Source: Tubiluchus corallicola (Eukaryota; Animalia; Priapulida). Taken from it: a DNA stretch of 34,496 nt. Made by a program: the position numbers and the translations under genes. The notes under the pieces are model-generated. The model made no database searches. It worked only from the letters and a program-made list of their open reading frames with translations, and was not told the DNA's origin. Position 1 is the first letter of the stretch; each line of letters starts with the position of its first letter. The DNA is taken from contig JAQGDQ010001124.1 of NCBI GenBank assembly GCA_030141605.1, positions 1 to 34,496 on the forward strand. The letters are read 5' to 3'. Positions 8,995 to 17,900 of this stretch are shown one piece after another.

Positions 8995-11813
8995 TACTAC
9001 CACTACTAGACTTAGCACACTCCTATTTGCCTATATTTTGGCAATAGGCATTTTGTTTGGCCTTATATTGACTTTTTGGCCAACAGAGGACAGTACCGTC
9101 GTTTTTTTTCAGTAGCCTGATCCATGAGCATGCGTGGCCTGTGCTGGCACATATCACGTGCAGGTGGAGAACATGTCAGTTAGTTTGCATATTAAAGGAA
9201 GACGGGATGATTTTTCATATACTATTCCATTTTCAAATTCGATAAATAATATACATTTTAACACGATTAATACTGTAAAAGCATTTCTGATAATTAAATA
9301 ATAGATTAAAAACTTAATTAATGGCGGGCGGGCGAGCCCATTTATTCATGACATCACAAACTAACGTAATTTTCAACAGCAAAAATATTCCACAAAAGTG
9401 TTGCAGGTGTTTGCGAAAGCGAAAATTGAGGTGCAGTGCTGCTGTAAGACATTCAGTGTGTTGTACTAAAACTAGGCAAGTTTTAAGATAAAAATTCATT
9501 TTTCAAATTTACCTGTGCTCATGCTTGAGCTGTCGAATATGTGCAGTTTTTCGCAAACTGACACACCTGAACTAAGAGGTACAGCACCAATCTAACTAGT
9601 GAATGGCGAAGTGCATGTAACAGTGAAGAACTAGTGGCGCGAACGTAAGATCGTGTTTGTGGGGCAATAATTCTTTCACGCAAGTCATTTTTGAAAAAAT
9701 AGTATGTTTCTTTTCAATGCTTCAAAGAGTAGATTGTTTTGACCTACAATATGTTTCCTTTCAATGTTTCAAAGAGTAGATTGTTTTGACCTACAATATG
9801 TTTCCTTTCGATGTTTCAAAGAGTAGATTGTTTTGACCTACAATATGTTTCCTTTCAATGTTTCAAAGAGTAGATTGTTTTGACCTACAGTATGTTTCCT
9901 TTCGATGTTTCAAAGAGTAGATTGTTTCGACCTACAATATTTTTCCTTTAAATGTTTCAAAGAGTAGATTGTTTTGACCTACAATATGTTTCCTTTCAAT
10001 GTTTCAAAGAGTAGATTGTTTTGACCTACAATATGTTTCCTTTCAATGTTTCAAAGAGTAGATTGTTTTGGCCTACAATATGTTTCCTTTCAATGTTTCA
10101 AAGAGTAGATTGTTTTGACCTACAATATGTTTCCTTTCAATGTTTCAAAGAGTAGATTGTTTTGACCTACAATATGTTTCCTTTCAATGTTTCAAAGAGT
10201 AAAATGGTTAGTGGCAAAATTCTAATATTGCCACAAGTAAATCTGCATATAAAAATTTGATGATGGACAGTATCTAGGCGAAAAGTGAAAGGATACTGGG
10301 AGATCACATTGGCTGCAAGATAGAGCCACATTTTCGGCACACCTAAACCAATCAGTGGCAGCAAAAGAGAATCTGAAAAAGACAAGCCAATCGGATGTAC
10401 TGTAACAAATTCGTAAATTCATGCAAAACAAGCTTAAATTCTAAAGCAAAACAAGCTCAAATTGCAATGCAAAACAAGCTCAAATTCTAATGCAAAACGA
10501 GCTGAAATTCTCAAGCAAAACAAGCTTAAATTCTAATGCAAAACGAGCTGAAATTCTCAAGCAAAACAAGCTTAAATTCCAATGCAAAACAAGCCTAAAT
10601 TCTAATGCAAAACAAGCTTAAATTCTCAAGCAAAACAAGCTTAAATTCTAAAGCAAAACAAGCTTAAATTCTCAAGCAAAACAAGCTTAAATTCTAAAGC
10701 AAAACAAGCTTAAATTCTCAAGCAAAACAAGCTTAAATTCTAATGCAAAACAAGCTTGAATTCTAATGCAAAACAAGCTTGAATTCTAAAGCAAAACAAG
10801 CTTAAATTCTCAAGCAAAACAAACTTAAATTCTAATGCAAAACAAGCTTAAATTCTCAAGCAAAACAAGCTTAAATTCTAAAGCAAAACAAGCTTAAATT
10901 CTCAAGCAAAACAAGCTTAAATTCTAATGCAAAACAAGCTTAAATTCTAAAGCAAAACAAGCCTAAATTCTCAAGCAAAACAAGCTTAAATTCTCAAACA
11001 AAACAAGCTTAAATTCTAAAGCAAAACAAGCTTAAATTCTCAAAGCAAAACAAGCTTAAATTCTAAAGCAAAACAAGCTTAAATTCTAATGCAAAACAAG
11101 CTTAAATTCTAATGCAAAACAAGCTTGAATTCTAAAGCAAAACAAGCTTAAATTCTCAAGCAAAACAAGCTTAAATTCTAATGCAAAACAAGCTTAAATT
11201 CTAAAGCAAAACAAGCTTAAATTCTCAAACAAAACAAGCTTAAATTCTAACAAACTATGACTGTTTTTTTCTTGGTTTTTCAGACCAATCTGCTCAGACG
11301 ATGCAAGAAAAACAATGAAACAAAATGACCACTGTAGTGCCAATGCAATGTGTGCAAGCGTGCATGAGCACAAGTATGCAAACGGTGATAAGAAACAAGT
11401 AAAAAAACGAGATTAATTCTCACCTGACTGACTGAAGATAATAACGTGCTTGTAGATGTCCTTAGCAAAGAAAAGAAACGCGGGGAGAGGCATAAGGTGC
11501 TAAAAACAAAAGAAAGAAAGAAGACATGAACGTGTTAACACTTAGCGATGTTTAATTGATCCCAAACAAAAATCTCTGAAGCCAATTCTCTGAAGCCAAT
11601 TCTCTGAAAATGTTATTTAAAAAACTCCAAAAACAATAGCGGAAAGACCTACAACACAAAATAACATTAGAAGCGCTTTCTAAAGGACGGACGTAAGTGA
11701 GAAAGTTTTCGAACAGAACAAATTTTCAAGGATAATTTACTAAAACATAAACGTCAAATCAAGGTCATTGAAATTAAAAAGGTTAACTTGTGTTACAGCA
11801 ACAACAACAACAA

Positions 11814-11848
<35 letters not shown>

Positions 11849-11860
11849 GCAAGCAGCAGC

Positions 11861-11895
<35 letters not shown>

Positions 11896-11926
11896 CGGCA
11901 ACAGCAACAGCAGCAGCAGCAGCAGC

Positions 11927-11987
<61 letters not shown>

Positions 11988-14900
11988 CCAACAACAACAA
12001 CAACAACAACAACACCACCACCACTTTCTATGGAAGTCTGGGCTTCGTTTAACGACGTTTCGTTGAACGTCGCATTTTGCTGGAACGCAACAACACCGTA
12101 AAATGAAGACTTGCCGCATTAAGAAAATAATTCGAACGAAAAAATCCGAAGAATTTGCTGCTAAAATGCAAGACTCCTCTTACCAAATGAGGTACATAAA
12201 ATCGTTTTTGCAAGTCAAAACTTTCAATCAAACTCTGAAACAGGCAAGGGGTTTTGGGGCCATCTAGGCCCCCAATGGGGTTCAAGGGAAGCCCCCTTGG
12301 AGCCAGGAACAAATTGCAATTTTGTGACCATAGAGAGTCTCTAAGTGGACTTAAAATATCAATTACCTTGTTTCATGCATAATTTAAAATACCCAACTAT
12401 CAAGGATACATGATACCTAATTGTCTCAAAAATGCCTAAGTACTGGCCGCTGCTATGCAAAAGTATATAAAAACTGTCTGCAATTGACTCAAATAACTCT
12501 GCACAATTGATTCTATATTTTTATACATAGAGATATACACGTGGTTACACTGATGTACGTGATGTAAACAAAGTGACAGCCTGCCAACTAGCGGTCAGCT
12601 TGTGAAATAATGTACTGGGTCCGTAAAAATTTTCTCAACGAATTCATGCGATTTACAAAAATGGCACTACCGGTCTTCCAAAAACTCGGAATTCCGAGTA
12701 TCCGCGAAAAATTCTCATCCCTGCTTTCAAGTCGGAAAATGTGTGAGAATTCGGGAAAAAACTCACGAGTCATTGCTCTAACAAAAACCTTATTAACAGT
12801 CTCATTTCACTTAGTACTAGTTTCAGACTTACAAGCTATCAAACACAATTACTTCACGCAGTAACTTTGCATCAACTTTGCGCATTCTTACCGTATAAAA
12901 CAACGACTCCCGGGGATGCTTCCCGTGCTGCTTGTAAATCTGTTCCTGGAATATACCCAGCCTAGCAGCCAGAAAAAGATTCACGAACATCAAGCTGACA
13001 CCTACATGAGAGTCAGGGAGATAAAAAACATGATTTTGTACTTCTGCAAATGAACATATTTGAATTCGACTGTATCTTTTCTCCAATTGCTACGTACAGT
13101 CAACCTCGCTTATAAGGGACATTTGCTTATAAAGGACAACCAACACCGGTCCGGATTTTTCCTAACGTTTTTCCTTATAAAAACCTTCGTATATAAGGTA
13201 CTCGAATGTAGGGGACTTTCAGTTATAAGGGACGATACCTTCAGGTCCCGAGTAAAGGAAACCCAAGTAAATTACCTCACATATAAGGGACCCTATGATC
13301 AAAGCAAAATTGATTGATTTTTAACCTCTATTTTTTGCAAACTTGGCCTTCGAACAGCCCGGTTTCCGTGGTCACATGCATCTCACATCACTGAAGGAGC
13401 TTCCTACATACCGTTTGCACTGAATGTGTTGCAATAATCCATAAAAATGTGGATGAAAGTACAGGTCTAGATACACCCTCGGTCTGACTCAACTTCGTCT
13501 ATAAGGAACGTCGGATATAAGGGATGATTTTTTCCGGTCCAGAGGTGTCCCTTGTATCCGAGGTTGACTGTAACTTGTTTGGACCCAAGGAATATTTTAC
13601 ATTTTAAGGAGAAATAGCGCAAGACGTCGAGGGCACTGTTTCATCGATGCAACGCTTAAACTAGCACTTTGAATTGGTTTCACTGTGATGAGCGATTCAA
13701 AGCGTTTTACAGGAGTAATTTTTACACTTTGTACTAATTAAGTTGGCCGACAAAATTTTAAACGACAATTGCAAAGACTGCATTACTCTTACATGTTAAA
13801 AGTTAATCGTCTTACCCAGTGACCACCACATAAACTGTCTCCAGGATTCCTCGGCCGACACCTCTTTCTGTTGCTAAATACAATTGAAAGATGACGCATT
13901 AAAATATCGACTCGAACTATCAAACGGTGTCCTCAATAACATGTCAAAATAAATGTAAAAAGATACAATGCCAGACATAATGAATATATACCAAGACATT
14001 GTAGAATAAATATGGCGAAACATTTCATTAGCTATATGGGACCAGTCCTATGGAATAGAGTAAGCCGCAGTTCAAAATGTAGTCACCCCCTTTCAACTTT
14101 CAAAAAAACCGTCAGAAAAGAAATATTTCAAAAGTATTGAGACTAACACAGTTTGAAAATGGTAATCAAATGCATTCTTTTTCCACAGTAAAACATGACT
14201 ATGCTCATCAGGTTACTGAACACTTTATAATCATGATCATAGTTTTTCTTAGTTCTCGCTCCATTTCATCTTTCATTCACTACTCCCCCCCCCACTTTTA
14301 TGTATATATTATCATTATTTCAATTATTAATCACTTCTTTAAGATTTCCACGTACAGTTTGGCCTGTCAAGCTATGCTTTTAGGCTCAAACTGTATGCAT
14401 CAAAATTATTCTGTAATGTAATTTGCACATATATATGCTGCATAAGAATCTCTTTTGTAATTTCTGGATAATATTGTATTTATATTTATATTTACTTCAG
14501 TGAAATTATCTGTTTTTTAGTATAACTGTTAGATGCAGAGTGGAATTAAATAAACTTATACTTATACTTAACATGGTGATTATTTCAAATGGCGGCTAAT
14601 GTATAGATACCGGTACTGCAGCACCCCCTATTTTCACCCATTATCATCGAATATATTCAATATAATAACTCTTTTTTCTTGAGTTCTCTTTTTGAGTGCT
14701 TGTGCGGAACCGGAGCATGAGAAGTACAATTTGCTTCACAGTCTAAGCAACGTGGTGTTTGGCTGTTGCGCGCAAACGGCCATGCCGACATGCTATATGC
14801 TAGAGTCTGCTGCTAGGTGGAAAAGTACTGTCTCTATCACAGTCACATATGCCACGTGCGTACCATCTACCGTCATACTCTTAGATATAATGAAATATAA

Positions 14901-17900
14901 ACTTAGCCTGTGTGCCTAAAACATAAATTATTTCGTAATGGACGCCTTCCATCCCCAAGAAATAAGTTCTGTTACTGTAAGTGAACTACAACAGCTTAAT
15001 TTTTCACAATTGTCTCTCCATGAGAAAGTTGCAGTTAAGAAAAGAGGCCGGTCAACATCCGATCTTCAAATAAAACTACAACATTAAAATTACACACGTT
15101 TGTTACGTTTTACACGATATTAAAACATTGGATAAAATTTTCTGAAGCAGCAGCCCCCCCCCCCAGTAATTTTAGCTACGAACCGCCACTGCATGATTCC
15201 TTATTTTTACGTTTTTTTACTTCCTTCCTTCTGCTTTCTTTCTACTAACTGCAACATAGCTCTTCTTTGTTCTTCTTTTCTCGCATCATCTTCATTCCTT
15301 ATTCTTTATTTCACTTTTTAACAAGGTCCCCGTTATTGCCACCATGCGGCAGACTTCAACACTTTAACATAGAACATTTAGGGAGTTCTACGTTATATAA
15401 AAGTATATAAAAACTGTCTGCAATTGACTCAAATAACTCCACACAATTGTTTCTATATTTTTATACATAGAGATAAACACGTGGTTACACTGATGTACGT
15501 GATGTAAACAAAGTGACGGCCTGCCACCTAGCGGTCAGCTTGTGAAATTCTCTGAATAACAAATTTAACTAAAGGATTATTATAGTGATTTATTTTAATG
15601 GCAGACTTCAACATTTTAACATAGAACATTTAGGAAGTCGGAAATCAATTTATCTTTTCAATTATACGAAAAGTTGCAAACGTATGTTTATGTTCTTGCA
15701 GTTTGCTTGTTCGCTGCCGAAATAAACCGAATTCGAATTTAACGATTTTGTAACGTTTAGTTGCTATATATTTTATAATTTACGAACGACAGCATTTTTT
15801 GTAACAGAACTCCAAAAAAACACTCACTGTAGTTCTATTTCAGACAATCTTTTATAACCAGGGATGAGAATGACAAATTGCAAAAACTCTGAAACAGGCC
15901 GGGGGTTTGGGAGCCATCTAGGTCCCCAATGGGGTTGAGAGGCAAAGCCCCCATGGGGGTTAAAGGTGGCGAAGCCCCTTGGAGCCAGAAACAAATTGCA
16001 ATTTTGTGACCACAGAAAGCCTCTAAGTGGACTTAAAGCATCAATTACCTTGTTTCATGCATAATTTAAAATACCCAACTATCAAGGATACATGATACCT
16101 AATTGTCTCAAAAACACCTAAGTACTGGCCGTTCCTATGCAAAAGTATATAAAAACTGTCTGCAATTGACTCTACTAACTGCAACATAGCTCTTCTTTGT
16201 TCTTCTTTTCTCTCATCATCTTCATTCCTCATTCTTTATTTCACTTTTTAACAAGGTCCCCGTTATCGCCACCATGCGGCAGACTTCAACACTTTAACAT
16301 AGAACATTTAGGAAGTTCTATGTTATATAAAAGTATATCTGCAATTGACTCAAATAACTCTGCACAATTGATTCTATATTTTTATACATAGAGATATACA
16401 CGTGGTTACACTGATTTACGTGATGTAAACAAAGTGACGGCCTGCCAACTAGCGGTCAGCTTGTGAAATAATGTACCGGGTCCGTAAAAATTTTCTCGAT
16501 GAATTTACGCGATTTACAAAAATGGCACTACTGGTCTTCCAAAAACTCGGAATTCCCCCAACATAAGTTGAGGGTTTTTTCTGGTTTAAGTCCACGACTA
16601 TCTGTATTAACAAAATTGCCGTGTCGCCTGTATTATCAAATAGATTTGCAACATACTTACCACTTGTTTACCAGAAGCTATGGTACACGTGGCTATTCCG
16701 ATACTTATCATTAGCACAGCAATGTACTTGGTGAGCTTGTATCTGTAGTGTAGTATAACCATGCCTAAGATCATATTTGCAATTAATGAGCCCTGAAAAC
16801 AAAAGAACGTACTTCTGAACGACACAGACACAGCAATGGACAAAATCATACAAAAATAAAAGGATTATTAAACAAGACAATTTTTATTACTTAAATACGA
16901 CACAACTTTATTAAAACTTTTACACTTAAAACTTAAAATAACGCCAAAATTTTGACAAGCTGCTGCAGTCATGGTCATCATCATCATCATCATCATCTGT
17001 GGAAAATTTACAAACATACAGCCAGTTTATATAGGCTCTGTCTATATTGTTTCATAATAGGCTCTTTGTGGTAGGTTGTTTATACATATATAAATATATT
17101 CTATTTATATTTTCTAAAATATAAATTCTATAGTTCTATAATTATATTTCTATAGTTCTATAATTCTATATAACGCTATATATAATTCTAACTTACTGCT
17201 CGAAAAATCATGTGTAGCGGCATTGAGATGTTAAAGTTCCACACGTAGTTGTTGATGACAGATACAAAGAAGAAGACGCAAACAATGAGGGCGTACTTTC
17301 TAGAATAAGAGAAAATAAAAATGGATGAATAAAAGCGAAGTAATACCATTGTTGGTGTTAAGCAGTTTAATCTAGCATTCTATAATTATTTGTTTGTTTT
17401 TTGTATTTTTGCAAACATGCATTTCCTGAAAGTGTTTAAAACAAAGTCAGCCTTAGTCATGTGACCTAAGCTTTAGTAGTATACGCCACCTATCAATCAC
17501 ACTTGTTTTTACACGTAGTTACATTTTCTGTTGCCGCTATGCTGATCATGCCGTTTGGTGATACTTGCATTGCTTTGTCTATTTTGTTACAATTTAACAG
17601 TCACTAGTTGTATTTTCAAGCCAAAGTTGTCACCAGTAAATGTAAGTCACCATCTACTTTAATAATTAGTTAATAGTTTAAATTGGTTAGAATTGCTTCA
17701 AATCTCTAGAATCATAACGTAATAATCATAACGTTAAATCTAATTTTTTATTTTGTCTAAATAGTAATAACCTTTAGCATGTTCTTAAGCACTTTTTGTG
17801 ATCTGTTATTTTAATAAATTGCAGGTCTATCGTGCAGATCAATACTGATTTTCGCAGTTTCTTTGTCTGGACTGGACGCATCCACAACCATGCAAGAATA

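Larger units (their letters stand above)
7613..10296 (-). other. U12-type (minor spliceosome) GT-AG intron, SLC35B4 intron 8, 2684 nt
   Basis: 5' splice site GTATCCTTT (10296-10288); branch sequence CCTTAAC (7630-7624) about 12 nt before the AG (7614-7613); no extended polypyrimidine tract. Confidence 0.92.

Noticed and set aside
11740-12119. PolyQ/polyN/polyT protein
   Set aside because: Microsatellite inside SLC35B4 intron 6, open in many frames, with no supporting splice context
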